Of a stretch of 64,000 bases of DNA, positions 33,026-47,063 are shown in pieces; the stretch's first letter is position 1, and each line of letters begins with the position of its first letter. The stretch covers positions 263,562,001 to 263,626,000 of the forward strand of contig OZ024743.1 of assembly GCA_964016885.1 (NCBI GenBank). Direction: 5' to 3'. The position numbers and the translations under genes were made by a program. Source of the DNA: Eledone cirrhosa (taxonomy: Eukaryota). The notes beneath the pieces are model-generated. The model saw only the letters and a program-made list of their open reading frames with translations. It searched no databases and was not told where the DNA came from.

Positions 33026-33639
33026 TGTCTGTCTGCCTCTCTCTATATATATGTGTGTGCGTGCGCGCGTGTGTGTGGATGTACGCCTGAATGTGTGTGT
33101 CTGAGTTTATCTGTAAGGTTTAAAACCCACTCCCATAAAAATAACATTAGTCATGCCCAAGGAGGAGATTAAACGACTATTAGCAGGCAATTGCAGAGCG
33201 AATGCGATTATTAATTAAACAAAGAAAAACATGAGAAAACTGTATAAAATATACAAGAACGAAAACAACAATAAACAACAAACAGCCAAAAAATAATAGA
33301 ATTTACTATAGAAGAAAGAAAATAAATTTCTCGAATTTGTAAAAAGAAATTTTTATTAAATTTAAATTGATATTTGTTATTGTTATTTTTGTTGTTGTTA
33401 TCGTGGTTTCTTTGGTATTCTTCACTGAAATTTGTAATTGTGTTTTACCCCCAAACTTCATTCATTTAAGACCGACTTCATTCATAAGCCGCCACATACT
33501 CACACTGTCCATCTTTCACCCAGCTGTATACATCATCTCTCTGCTAGGGGTGGTAGTTGATTGCAGAAAAGGAAATAGCAACCTAAGTAAACATGAAAGA
33601 ACAACCGAACTCCCACTGTTCCCCCCCCCCCGACCTCTC

Positions 33640-33906
33640 TCACCCTCCTCATATCTCCGTATGGTGAGCAAATGTGTTCCCACGTGCTGGCCTCCCCACA
33701 TCCCCGGTGGACAGAATGGAGAAGGTGTTTCCCCGGAGGATGTAAGGGAGATGCGCTGGAAGAGCCATTCCAACTCGTGAGGCTCACACCTGCGGCTGGT
33801 CAGCTCAGCACCTATGGTGGTGAGTAGGGAGGTAGCCATAGGGCCACGGACACCAGAAGTCTCCACTGCCAAGGGTACGACGCGAACCTGTCGGAGAGCG
33901 ACCGGA
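33640..33906 (-). mobile_element. CRE-clade non-LTR retrotransposon 3' fragment (REL endonuclease C-terminus)
   Basis: Translates AVETSGVRGP...EPHELEWLFQRISLT; homologous to 36295-36548. Confidence 0.75.
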
Positions 33907-34145
33907 CTTATTTTACTAAATCCTCTTTATCTCTCCTTTCTTCCACAATATACGGCTACATTCGCTTACTTAGCTATACAGATTAATAGACCGATAGATT
34001 TATATGTATGCATTTATGCATTGTTACATATAGATAGATATACACGCTTATATATGTATACGGATAAACACACACATACACATATACAAACGCACATCTG
34101 TGTATAAATATATAAGTATATATAGAGATACACTCACACACATAC

Positions 34146-34253
<108 letters not shown>

Positions 34254-34380
34254 TTATATATACATATATACACACATATATATATATAAACAAGCTTGTC
34301 ATATTGAGAAACCAACCTATTATGATAAGAGAGAGATTTTAAACTCAATGTGATTGCAATCAGTGATTAAAAAGAGCATA

Positions 34381-34444
34381 TACATCCGAGGCATATTCTA
34401 ATTGACATTTGTATTTCTACAATTAGTGAAACGCATGTCGTGTA
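34381..34444 (+). ncRNA. Degenerate hammerhead-like motif followed by AATAAA
   Basis: TACAT-CCGAGGC-..CTAATTG..CAATTAG-t-GAAA-C gcat G-TC-GTGTA. Stems I and II and the GUC are present; the core has U4C and A9C. Confidence 0.45.
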
Positions 34445-34544
34445 ATAAATAAATGAATTTGTCCCATATTTATCGTACGTTCAATATAGATAGATAGAGT
34501 CTGCGGTGCTGACACCGAGGAGACCACTAATGATGTGAGTACTC

Positions 34545-34580
<36 letters not shown>

Positions 34581-34601
34581 CGTACATATATAACTTTATT
34601 C

Positions 34602-34678
<77 letters not shown>

Positions 34679-34708
34679 AAAGAATAGAGGTGTAACACAC
34701 AAGTTATT

Positions 34709-35275
<567 letters not shown>

Positions 35276-35293
35276 ATCTTACAAAACCCTCTT

Positions 35294-35331
<38 letters not shown>

Positions 35332-35700
35332 GTGTGTGTGTGTGTGTATAAATGTATGTATGTATGTGTATGCCACTGTCGGATCCTACAGTGGCACCCG
35401 ACATGGATTCATATTTATTCCAACAACGAAATAGCTCGTTCGTGAAATTAACATGTACGATGATGGCCATTTCACAGACACGTGCACCCTTAATCTAGTT
35501 CTCAGTGAGATTCAACATAACATATTGTCAGACAATGCTAGCTCTTCATATTATAGGAAAGACTCATTTCTTTTCTCGCTAAGTGGAATGGAGCAACGCT
35601 AAACAAAATGTCATGTGAGCCGAACACCCTAAGCCCCAAGCCATGCATCTGTATATACGTTCCTTCCAAACACACATACTCACGTATATATATATATATA

Positions 35701-35891
35701 TAGGAACGAGTAGGACCCCGACGGCTGAGCTCAAGCCATTTCGATGGTTAATTCGGGACTGAATTAGCCGTCGAGACGGCTTGAGCTCAGCCGTCGGGGC
35801 CCTGCTCGTTCCTATTACCCACTCTACTACCCTAAGTATTGAGTACTTTGGTGCGTTATAGTCCATCTGGTTCCTTACCACATTTCCTTCG

Positions 35892-35893
<2 letters not shown>
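35701..35893 (+). mobile_element. Short fold-back element family C
   Basis: ~54-bp inverted arms (35701-35754 and 35761-35814), then a tail (..CTAAGTATTGAGTACT..CCTTCGTT) running into (TA)n. Confidence 0.75.
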
Positions 35894-35926
<33 letters not shown>

Positions 35927-36294
35927 TATTGTTTTTCCTTTTCCTGTCTAGACCCGTAACAACGCAATATATTTCACTTGTATTTTATTGCAAAAGCTAT
36001 AAGGCAGGCTTTAAGACATTACTTATTAACGAGTTTTTGGCGTCTTAAATAAATAATTAATTATCTTAATTAATATCTATTTTCGGAACGAAACCACGGT
36101 ATTGGAACGAATTTTTAGGTGAAATTATATTTTTATTTTAAAATGTATTTTTTGGCTTGTAATGCTTACTTTAGATATACTGTAGATTTTTACATCTAAA
36201 TATAATTTTGGAAAAATGAAACTCTACAAATTATGGATTTGAGACAGCAAGCCACAATAATTGTTTATTTACAATAGTTTATAACTTTGCCTAT

Positions 36295-37078
36295 TAATTC
36301 GTATGATGAGCAAATGGGGTGCCACGTGCTGGCCTACCCCCAGCCCCGGTGGACAGGATGGAGAAGGCGTTTCCCCGGAGGATGGTAAGGGAGATGCGCT
36401 GGAAGAGCCATTCCAACTCGCGAGGCTCACACCTGCGGCTGGCCAGCTCAGCGCCTTTGGAGGTGAATAGGGAGGTAGCCCTAGGGCCATTGACACCAGA
36501 AGTCTCCACTGCCAAGGGCACGACGCGAACTTGTCGGAGAGCGACCGGTACGTGGAGAGTTTGGCCCCCTCAGCCCGACGTGCAGCAATACCTGGGTTAG
36601 TCGCTCGGAACGGAAAGATGGTCATGTCCGTCTGGCCTTTTGCCATCCCTCGGTCCAGCCCCACCGGCTCGAGCTGAGGGGGGGGGAGCCTGCAGCGTCC
36701 AAACGATGCTTAATGACCTCGTTGAGGGCCGCATGGCGTGGAAGGCGGCCTGCACTGTGGCGACAGGAAGGCGTGTGGAGTCCGAAAGAGTCCACAGTGA
36801 CATTTATGTGGCTCGCAGATCCGAGTCCAAGCCTCAAGGAAACGCCGATGCACAGGCTATCGTTATCCAGCTGAGTGCCAGTGGGGAAGGACGGCAAGGC
36901 CTGGAGCCAGGCACCACTGTGGGGTTTGGAGGCTGCGCCAAAACAGGCAAGGCGGTGGTGGTCGAGCTGGCGCGTAAGACTGTCTGAGGCCAGGGTGCAC
37001 TGGATGGCATCCCATGCGCTTTGGGGTGACTTGACGTCAGTAGGGGGACAAGGAGCAGGGACGTCTACCGGGCTAAGG
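36295..37078 (-). mobile_element. CRE-clade non-LTR retrotransposon remnant (frameshifted; zinc-knuckle region + REL endonuclease)
   Basis: Motifs SGAWLQALPS, LRLG..DSFGLH..SC..GRLPRHAALN, DGKRPDG and PLAVETSG..WLFQRISLTILRGNA occur across frames. Confidence 0.8.
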
Positions 37079-37211
37079 TGTAATATAACTGAAATATCTT
37101 TATTATTTTAGACTCTCTCTGTATATATGTATCATGTTATATATAAATACACACACACACACACAGAAGTATATATATATATATTTAGATTAGAGCAAAC
37201 ACCACGGCATA

Positions 37212-37400
37212 TTTAGATTAGAGCAAACATCACGGACGGTCTATCTCAAAATTTATTTTTGAAAAGCATTAGAAATGCGCAACCGGTAAAACTTAAAACC
37301 TAAACTGAATACTAACCAATAATATTACAAATTCTCACTTATTCCTAATTAAACTATTTTTCACTGTGAACAATTTGTTAGCATTTCCTTTTCCCGTTTA

Positions 37401-37405
<5 letters not shown>
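37212..37405 (+). mobile_element. Family D single arm with the same variant hammerhead-like motif (37256-37291)
   Basis: Homologous to 34910-35105: TTTTTGAAAAGCATTAGAAATGCGCAACCGGTAAAA. Short 5' duplication at 37184-37211; ends in (TA)n. Confidence 0.75.
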
Positions 37406-37440
<35 letters not shown>

Positions 37441-37615
37441 TGCAGTGTCGGTACAGTGTCAGATACCATGCTTTGAAGCACAGAGTTATGGCCCTTTGCG
37501 TTCTGATTTCAAATCCGACGAGGTTAACTTTAGCTTTCATTCTTACGGGATCCATAAAATAAAGTACCAGTAATGCACTGGGGTAATCGCTGGCCTTGTG
37601 CCAAAAGTAGAAACA
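37441..37615 (+). mobile_element. SINE family A copy
   Basis: TTCAAATCC..CTTTCATTCTTACGGGATCCATAAAATAAAGTACCAG..GGCCTTGTGCCAAAAGTAGAAAC. Confidence 0.8.
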
Positions 37616-37728
37616 TATATATATAAATAAAATTAGAATTCTATTTCTCGCCCTAGCACAGCTGACACATAAATCTAAGTATGCACACGTACACACATAT
37701 ATAACATATTTTATATATATTCATAAAT

Positions 37729-37809
<81 letters not shown>

Positions 37810-37922
37810 AGGAAAGCACGAACGTGGGTAATTTTCCTTCATCAGTTGTCTGTTGGAGATCATGGATATTTCTACGCATTAAAGACAAGATATCTAGCTC
37901 CAGTGCGTCAATAACTCAAGGA

Positions 37923-38023
37923 TACGAAGGTGTCTCAAAGGTTCATGGGATGAAACCAAGATATTGTTGCTCCAGCGTCAATCCTTCATAATCAACCTAT
38001 GAACCTTTTAGCTGACCATCGTA
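37923..38023. mobile_element. Tc1/mariner-like MITE remnant
   Basis: Imperfect ~27-bp TIRs (TACGAAGGTGTCTCAAAGGTTCATGG versus revcomp TACGATGGTCAGCTAAAAGGTTCATAG) with TA at both ends. Confidence 0.45.
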
Positions 38024-38294
38024 TATATGCAGAAAAGCGTGATATGTTATAACCTACATATATATGTTGAGTGCATTTTCATTTAATGTTTGACTGTGAG
38101 AGTGTATATAAAACAGCTGCTGCTTTAAAATAAAATAAAACATTTTTTACTTTATCGCTAAAGGTTTGCAACTCGGCATCCAGATAGATAAGTCGTTGAT
38201 TATAAGCATTTGTTGCGGGGCTTATCTTCTCTCGAGGTTTGAAGCCAGCAGATTTCTTCTAGAGAAAGAGAAAGATATAGAGTGAGTAAGAGGA

Positions 38295-38420
38295 ATTGAG
38301 AAAGGATGAAAGGTAAAGTTGACCTCAGTGGGATTTGAATATAGAACAAAAAGAGCCGGAACGAATATTGCAAAGCATTCTATCCGACTTTCTAACAATT
38401 CTCTCAATTCCCCAGCCATT
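38295..38420 (-). mobile_element. SINE family A, diverged (an opposite-strand diverged copy follows at ~38480-38680)
   Basis: AAAGGATGAAAGGTAAAGTTGACCTCAGTGGGATTTGAA matches the family core. Confidence 0.65.
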
Positions 38421-38847
38421 TTCTACTCACTAACATACCAAAATAACCTATCATTTTAAATAAACCCAAGGTAGGTAGGGGTGTTAACAGATCAGTAAGT
38501 GGCTGGAACAAAATACTTTTCTATCCTCGGTTACTTCCACGTTCAGTGTTCAAATTCGCCCAGGGTCAACTTTTAATCATTTCAGGATCGCTAAATTAAA
38601 GTACTGATCAATTACTGAAATTGATTTAATGATCTATGATTTCTTAAAACGTGTGGCTTACTACCAATGCTAGAAATCAATATTTCAAATAAGATCAATA
38701 ACTATCTATTTACATAGCTAGTCAGCTCTCTCTCACTATAATATAAATACGTATTCGTACGTCCACCTGTACGTATGAAAACACACGCACACACATACAC
38801 ATGCACATGCGCACACACACATATACCTACCCCCCCCGCACACACAC

Positions 38848-38915
<68 letters not shown>

Positions 38916-39524
38916 TTACATACATACACACAAAAACCTGTGGTTATATACACACACGTGCACAACCACAGATTCTCGTGAGAGAAGAAAATAGGAGAGG
39001 AAGAAAGAGAAAGAAAATGAGAGAGAGAAGGGACTCGAGTGAAAGAACAATTAAATAAAGATTACTAAATGGTTTCCTTAAGGAAAAAGATTTTTTAACA
39101 TGGTCACTTAATACTGACACCTTCTGCTGACCCCATCTGAGATAATGGTCAAAGATCTGTGATCGATTATTAAGATGATTGAATGTTTCAATGCTTGGTC
39201 ATTTCCAAAGATTAAACTTCTCTTTTACAAAATTATTCAAAGCGATCTCCTATCGATTGGCAATAAATCGATATCGTCTGAGAACAATTATATTTAAGAA
39301 TTTCAGAAATAGTATAGTGGTTTCTATGAGATACGGTGCTATAGGTGAGCATAAAGTTAAGGGTCTTGACTAAGGTTACCATGCGACGCTTGTAAGACAA
39401 TAGAGATTCGTGAACCAGAAAAGTTTTGTTGTAACGTGTTGGAGGAACATTAAAAAGTTAAATTGCTATTCGAAGAAAATAAAAATAATAAACAAAGAAA
39501 TATACAATAATAACAATAGTAGCA

Positions 39525-39928
39525 ATAATAATAATAATGATTTCTTTATTATTGGCTACAAGGGCCGAACACAGAGGACAATACAAAGCCGAGGACAGTG
39601 GGGGCTTACATACAATCGTGTAAGAAGAATAAACAAAAACAAATAACAAAAAACTATCAACAACAGAATTCCATAATAGGTGGTATACCACCCAGGGGTG
39701 ACGTTAAGAACCCCACAAATCCCAAACTACACTTATCTCCAAGAGCCCCATAGGAGGGCACTCCTCTCTCATTCAATCTTTCCAGCCTACAGACGCATGT
39801 TCAGAGTGTTCCCATTCACAGGGCCCATTCTCGCATCAATCACCCACCTTTTAAAAATGTTCGGGGCATCATTTCTCTCTCCACCCTCATCTTTCTTTCC
39901 AAGTGGAACTTTTAAAAGTTGACGAGGG
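39525..39928 (-). mobile_element. L1/Tx1-like LINE 3' end
   Basis: Minus strand gives a decayed LVNF*KFHLERKMRVERE..F.RW, then a 3' UTR ending AATAAAGAAATC(ATT)n. Confidence 0.5.
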
Positions 39929-40386
39929 ATTGTTGCTATTATTATCAATGTATTTAATTTTATTTCTATATCCAGCTATCCACGCTTATTTACTCTTCTC
40001 TACTCATCCAATAAATATTTATTTTTTCACTTCATCTTAAAAGTTACGCTAATACAACAACCTATCACTTAGAGCTTTCTCTTTCCCTTTCTCTTTCTCT
40101 TTTTCTCTTTTCTTTTTTTTCTTCTCTTTCTCTTTCTCTTTTTCTTGTTTTCTTATTTTCCTCTTAGAGTTTGCTCTTTTTTCTTTTTTCTCTTTTTTTT
40201 TCTTTCCCTTTCTCCATACCCCAACGGCTTATTTTAAATCTACTGTGATTTAAACATATCCGACACTAATTTGCATAATAGAATAAATAAATTTATAACC
40301 CCACTATCCGGGAGCTTCCAACAGAAATGGTCGTATTCTTTAAGGGTATGTCAATATTTATTTATAAAACTGATCTATATTATATT

Positions 40387-40440
40387 TTATCTGATGAAAA
40401 CACACCATAATTTAACTTGGTGTCCTTGAAATATGTATAA
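40387..40440 (+). ncRNA. Degenerate hammerhead-like motif near the 3' end of a TA-terminated element (~39930-40490)
   Basis: CTGATGA-..ACACCA..TGGTGT..-GAAA-TAT-GTA-TAA, followed by AATAAA and (TA)n. Confidence 0.5.
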
Positions 40441-40488
40441 TGAAATAAATATGGTTTTATAAATATAGTTTCCATTTGTTAATATATC

Positions 40489-40549
<61 letters not shown>

Positions 40550-40873
40550 TGAAATTATGAGACAGAATACGAGACATGTTTTATGCATAGTATGGATCCT
40601 AGGCAAAAATATATACGCCGCAAGTTACCGTTGTTTCTGTAGATGTGTAAATATATATTTGCTAGCCACAATAATAATTGCTAAAGAAAATTACATGATT
40701 CTGAAATGTCATCTACATCATAGATAATAGCTAAATAAGTAAAAATATATTTAATGACAGTTTGTTGATACTTTTACAGAACTATTCTGTAAAAGTATTA
40801 TCTTTTTTTTTTTAAACCGTAATCGCTTGTCGCGTCGTAGGAACACCGCAGTGATGTACATCTTTTCTTGAGC

Positions 40874-40910
40874 TTATAGTTTAAAGCAGAGGAAGCATCT
40901 CCTCTCCACT
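40874..40910 (-). CDS. Candidate exon 4 (terminal) of a putative 57-aa CxxC protein
   Basis: Pyrimidine-rich acceptor TTTCTCTCATTCTCTGTATAG; phase 2 gives (I)VERRCFLCFKL*. Confidence 0.3.
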
Positions 40911-41236
40911 CTATACAGAGAATGAGAGAAATAGTGAGAAAGTGATATGGAGGAATAATGTAATAATCGACCCATTGGAACTCGATTTATCGACCTCGAA
41001 AGGATAAAATGCAAAGATGACCCCGGCGGGGTTTCAACTCAGCGTGAAGACGCCTGGAACAAATACTAGAAAGCATTGAATTATAGTGGAGAGAAAGATA
41101 TCGTGCACTGCAGTTTTAATTGGTATATATCGATTCTACATGCACCTGTGTAATAAGGAGACTTGAATAATGTCAAAGAGATTTTAATAAAAAATATCCT
41201 CTCCTCACATTAAATATTGCGACACTTGTTTCTTAC

Positions 41237-41268
41237 ATAGACATGAAGTCTGAAATCTTTCTGGCAAT
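41237..41268 (-). CDS. Candidate exon 3
   Basis: TTTCAG acceptor, GTAAGA donor, 32 nt; phase 0 gives IARKISDFMS+AT. Confidence 0.3.
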
Positions 41269-42535
41269 CTGAAATATGCAAGTATTTAACCAAGACACAA
41301 ATAATATCTCATAATGTTAGCAATATTCCACAAGTCCTTAGATAAGTCTCATAACTTCCGTGAAGACGACAAGCAAGTGTTAACTATTTACAGTCTGATG
41401 GAGATAAGTCTATTATTTCTAAAGTACACAGTGCTGTGATAATGATAAGGTTCATCAACACTCGCAGTTAGCTGACCTATAATTATTGACACGGATCACC
41501 ACGCATTCTACTCGTGTGTATGTATATGTGCAAGTATGTGCGGATGTGTATGTATATGTGTATATGTCTTTTGTATATATGCGTGTTATACAATGTTATT
41601 TAGTGCACTACAATTTAATGAAACCTTATGAAAGCATAAAGAGAAACATTGTAAAATATGTAATCAAAAATACTGTATGACTGTCGAACGAAAGCTTTAT
41701 ACAATATATAAGTGATAGTGATGCATAATAAACCAGCAGGTACCTTGTATAATAAGGAAACAAAACCACCCTATCAGTAGCGCCGTATAATAGGCGCATA
41801 TTAACAGTTAGTACCTTATAATTGACGTTGAAGTCTGGTAAATCTAGATTATATAAGTGAGAATAATGTATGATTTAAGAATCTAATTGCAATAGCTCTG
41901 AAGGAAGTTCTCCACCAATCAAGAAACTGATAAGAACTGCCGAAGTTTAGGTTTGTAGAGCAAAACTAAATTTATTCGACTATGTGTATAATTTAGAAGT
42001 ATATAAGAACTACATTACCAAATCAATGATATTTAATTTAGCCAAAAGACCAGTGAGTTGTGTGGAGGGGAAATCGATTACAGTGACCGCAGTGCGTAAC
42101 CGGTATTTCTTTTTATCCACCCCGCAAGGTTTAAAGGCAAACTTGACCATGGTAGGATTTAGACCCAGAACATAAAAAAAACGTAATTAAATGCTGGAGA
42201 TGATAGAACGATGAGCCTACTTGACTAGCATATTGAATAGATAAGGCGGTGATGGTTAGCTGGGATTATTGTTTAGTAAGCTCTACAGAACAAAAGATAA
42301 AATTCTGAGACTGAGGTTGTGATGAGGTTTCAGCCTTTGCTTGAAGCACTTTCAATCTGCAGATTTCAATAATGTATTTGTAAATTACTTGAAGACATAT
42401 TTTCATTTATCGTAAAAAATATATAAAATTTCTGCCTTGTCGAACAATCTATTCAAAATTCTGATGCTTTATGAGCTCCATTATTGCCATTCACTGTTTT
42501 ATTTTGATTTCAATTTAAGTGCTAGAAGCACTTAC

Positions 42536-42627
42536 AAGATATTGGGCGCATATTTTGCTTCTAATGGTAATCCACGGAAATGCTATTGTCCTCTCATGAC
42601 AGAGTTGACACGTAGAACCCTCACTCT
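42536..42627 (-). CDS. Candidate exon 2
   Basis: TTTCTCTATGTTGCAG acceptor, GTAAGT donor, 92 nt; phase 1 gives (E)SEGSTCQLCHERTIAFPWITIRSKICAQYL. Confidence 0.4.
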
Positions 42628-43164
42628 CTGCAACATAGAGAAATATTAAAGGATCATGAAGCTGTTTATAGTAGATAAATGTCTGAAACATTTTAGATAA
42701 CTTTCTGCTTAGATGGATAATAAGGATAATAAAACTCTGCGAATGTGTAAAACATCTCAAACGTTCCTAAAGTAAAACAAGAAATGTTTCAATCACTTAA
42801 AAACAGTAAAAGGAAATGCCTAAGTAAGGCATTCATATCTTATTTCAGCTTTATATATGTAATAATGTTTCTTCCTCATTAGTAAAAAAAAAAAAAAGAA
42901 AAAAAGACTCTGAGCCAAAGAAAGTTTCTCCATTCTCCATCTCATAATGAAAATATATTGGTCAAGCTAAACTAATATAACATAACGTATTGATGAATCC
43001 TCCATCGAGTTCGAACCTCAGTATTCGGTTCTCCGATTAACTGAAAGTTCAACTTATAAATGGTCAAGTATTCCATAGACAGATATACACTTAATGTATT
43101 TCCTAAGCAGAATATGTGACAACACTGGAGCTTTGATTTATAGGTACAATACACCCGACGGATT

Positions 43165-43305
43165 TTCATAGATGTTCCGTCTTCCGATTTCCCTCTTCGC
43201 ACCAAAGCTGCAGTAAAGGCACTTGCCTATGATACATCGCAGCGTGATTAAACACGGGAGTTAATGATTGCTAAATGGACTTGTTAACCATTCAGCCATG
43301 CTCGC
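43165..43305 (-). mobile_element. tRNA-derived SINE family B (related copies at ~55500-55655 +, ~60445-60530 -, ~61240-61390 -)
   Basis: GCATGGCTGAATGGTTAA A-box-like head, GGCAAGTG.. body, and GACGGAA..CCGTCG 3' hairpin shared between copies. Confidence 0.55.
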
Positions 43306-44204
43306 ATCTATGTTGGCAGGGGTTGATATGAGTTGTCGCTTTAACTGGGTGATTAAGGTTTTTTTATCCTGACTATTACATGTTGCTGTACTGTACTCTA
43401 GTTGAGACATTGAAACTTTCTCTGTCTCACTGTCACTAGTTCACTGCTGCACTATTCACTTTCCCCTCACTGATTCTAGACAATGAGGTGACATTACTGG
43501 TTGTGGTCGGTAATATGTCTGGTGGTGCTCAGGAAACTAATTTCTGGGACCTGTTGTTTGTATTTCTGATTCTACTACTGTTGATCGCTCTGGCCCTTCC
43601 TCTACTTTTCCAATTCCGTGGGCCAATGAGCCCCAAATCAGCCTTTGCCATTTCATAATGTTTTCCTTTTATTCTCCACTATTTAATTTCCTGTTAGCCT
43701 CTCCCAATCCCTCTTTCATTTTCTACATCCCTCTCTCTATCTACCTACCTTCTTCTCAGTGTTATCTTTTTGTATTTTCATTGTCATTTTCTTTCTTTCA
43801 CACATCGGTATTATATATTAAAAAAAATGAACATTTTACTGCAGATCCAGTTAATTCTTCTTCTTCTTCTACATCTTCTTGTACCTACCTCTCCACCCCC
43901 TCTCACGTCTCATCATATAGTAAACAGCTATAATCAATAAAAGAGAAAATAAAGTTATAAAACAAAATGGTTGGAATATTGTAAACATTAAAGAAATATC
44001 CAAGATTTTCACAACTCTTGAAGTAAGTGTCGCCGTTTCCCAACAATTTCTAGAACATTTAAAAGTTTTAAACGAGAACAAGGTGACCAAATTTTATTGA
44101 TCTTTAAGCTTGTGTCGTCAAGCTGATCACGTGGTTTCGTAATGAAGCTTCAGACGTCTATAACTTTGCTGGCATTTGATAAAGCTGTGTGGAGATAGAG
44201 AGAG

Positions 44205-44361
44205 AGAGATTGAAAGCGAGAGCAAGCCAGTAGTACGCACGCACACACTCACACATATATGTATGTATGTATCGCTCTCCCCCCTCTCTCTCTATATATA
44301 TATGTATATATATATATGTGTGTGTGTGCGTACTACTGGCTTGCTCTCGCTTTCAATCTCT
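44205..44361. repeat. 36-bp perfect inverted repeat around a microsatellite spacer
   Basis: AGAGATTGAAAGCGAGAGCAAGCCAGTAGTACGCAC (44205-44240) and its reverse complement (44326-44361). Confidence 0.85.
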
Positions 44362-44393
44362 GTATATATATATATATATATATGTATCTCCCC

Positions 44394-44450
<57 letters not shown>

Positions 44451-44474
44451 GAGAAAAAGAGAAAGGGAGAGGGA

Positions 44475-44524
<50 letters not shown>

Positions 44525-44780
44525 GGAGAGAGAGAGAGATTTCACTTGACGATAGTTACACGCCTATTATTCACAATAAAAACTCTAGCTAATAAATTAA
44601 CTTCCTTCTTCAACATCTTTCTTTCCTTATCTTTTGTTTCTTCTACTTCTAATTTTTCTTTCTAACGTTACGTTACCAACTCTCTTAAATATGTTTATTA
44701 GGTTCTTCTGGTCGGTTGATACCAGAGAGACATTCTCTGTCAGGCTTAACAGGTTCTGTACTAAATGAATAAATATTTAC

Positions 44781-44793
44781 CTTTTAGCAGCAT
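44781..44793 (-). CDS. Candidate coding part of exon 1 (MLLK + 1 nt)
   Basis: ACC ATG CTG CTA AAA G|GTAAAT, ~200 nt downstream of a CCAAT box. Confidence 0.35.
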
Positions 44794-44939
44794 GGTGTAT
44801 AAATGTTATTGAGACACGAGTAACATAATAATGATGTCAACAGCAGAAATTAGAGATGAAATGTATGTTTATTTTTGTTGTAGCACAAATAATGTTGCTG
44901 GTTCGAAGTTCCTGGTGCGAGAGAGAGATTCTTCAAATT

Positions 44940-45095
44940 TTCGCGGCTAATTTCTCCGTCAGGACGCGTAGGGATACATCCTCTTCTACTGGCTCTGATT
45001 GGCTGAGCTGAGCCAAATCACGCACAGAGAATGTATGTGAGCCCGCGGAATGTAGGTCACTACAACCCCCCCCCCTCCCCTCCTCCTCCCCCAGT
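44940..45095 (-). promoter_or_regulatory. Promoter-like CpG-containing island
   Basis: AGCCAATCAG (NF-Y consensus; ATTGG at 44998-45002), ACTACAA motif at 45059-45065, C-rich GC-box-like run, and locally raised CpG. Confidence 0.5.
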
Positions 45096-46517
45096 CAGGA
45101 TTAAAAGGGTTTATTATTCTTTTTGCAAACGAAACTGAATTCATTTATATTTAGCAAGCTTAACGGTTGTCGAGGAAGAAGTTATTCGCCTGGTGGTTGA
45201 AAACCTGTATGAGCTTTTTAACTTGCAGCATACTCACCACTACGCGCATCTCCTATTAAGAAAAAGTGTATGATGCACGCCTAAATGATTGGTTGACTCT
45301 AGTCTGGGACTGAAAAAATAGAACGAGTACATATTTTATTTGACAGCTCAATAATACGTCTTGATGGAACCTAATCCACGAAGAATCAGGGTATATTTGG
45401 TACAAGTTTTTTCTTGACAACTAGATTAGATTCAACCATAGATTGGCCATAGTTGATCACGTCCTCTTGCATAACAGTTATATGAGGTAGGATTTGTTGC
45501 TATTTCTAGCTGATATTGGGACCACGTAGTGACTCCATCGTTGATTTTCTTGATAGGTAGCTGAACTGGTATATATATTCATATGTTTATTTACCACACC
45601 ACACCACACTAACCGTATGTATAAGATAAATAAAATTATTTTCCGCTCAGCAGCATGCGGATTTCTCTATGAAAATGTTCATATTATACTGCCGACGCCG
45701 AGGGAAAATATGTCTGTGTATATGTGTTTGTGTGCGAGCGCACACGTGTGTTTTGGGAGAACATAATACCTTATTTTCTATGGATTTCTGATAAACGAAT
45801 TTGCAAGAATTGCTTCCGTTCAAGTCTTGTATAGAGATTTATTTATTATTTATTATTTATTAGCTCAAACATTCCTATGACTTGTGCAGAATGAATAACT
45901 TTATGTAGCTTTAGAGAAAATGCAGAAATTCTTACAAGTCATATGCAAAGCAATCAATATAAGTATTGATCCTGTTTAAAGATATTTCAAACAGCAGTTC
46001 ATGAATTCATTGATGACATCGTAAAATCATTTCTTATATAGAGCAATGGTAACAAGAAAGAATATTTCTAATGAAGGAATAAGCGAGTTCTATAATTTGT
46101 GTACTTCAAATAAAAGTTGGACTTCTGTGGAAAGTGTAGTCAATATTTATGTTGAAATTCGCTATCGTGAAATTGACTTTGTTTAGATCAATGGCATCAA
46201 ATCGATGCTTCGATTACCCACATCTGTAATAGGACAACATCGATAGTAATGTTCTGCAAGAATTTGTCATAATGATAAATTGTCAAAACAGGACAAAAAG
46301 AAACCAGCAGAAATATAAAAAAAATTACGTATACATACATAAGTCGCGCGCGCACGCACATATTTTTAAATATATTTTACGACATGCGATATCTACGGGG
46401 TTCTCACTATTCTAAAGTAGAGTTAAAACAATGAATTCTGGTGTCATCTAAGATATTTGCAAATTTAAACTATCATTTATGAATATTGAATTTAAACAAA
46501 ACATCTGTGCATGCTAA

Positions 46518-46909
<392 letters not shown>

Positions 46910-47063
46910 GAGGAAATTCTAGTTTACTTGAATCATTGCGTAATGAGGTATAAACGTTTGGAGTTAGAAGGCCAAAACAATGCAGGTAGGGATATAGAAT
47001 ATAAATACAAATGCAAAAGATATTGCTGACAATTAGCCTTTTACCTTAAATTTATTTGAATAT

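Noticed and set aside
37810-37846. CTGATGAAGG on the minus strand
   Set aside because: No matching stem II, GAAA or NUH downstream.
39050-39280. Protein-like minus-strand stretch after a CAG acceptor
   Set aside because: Stops in all three frames shortly after the acceptor.
42972-43207. In-frame exon candidate (ALVRRGKSEDG...) after a good CAG acceptor
   Set aside because: The acceptor and first ~45 nt lie inside a family B SINE and no convincing donor follows.
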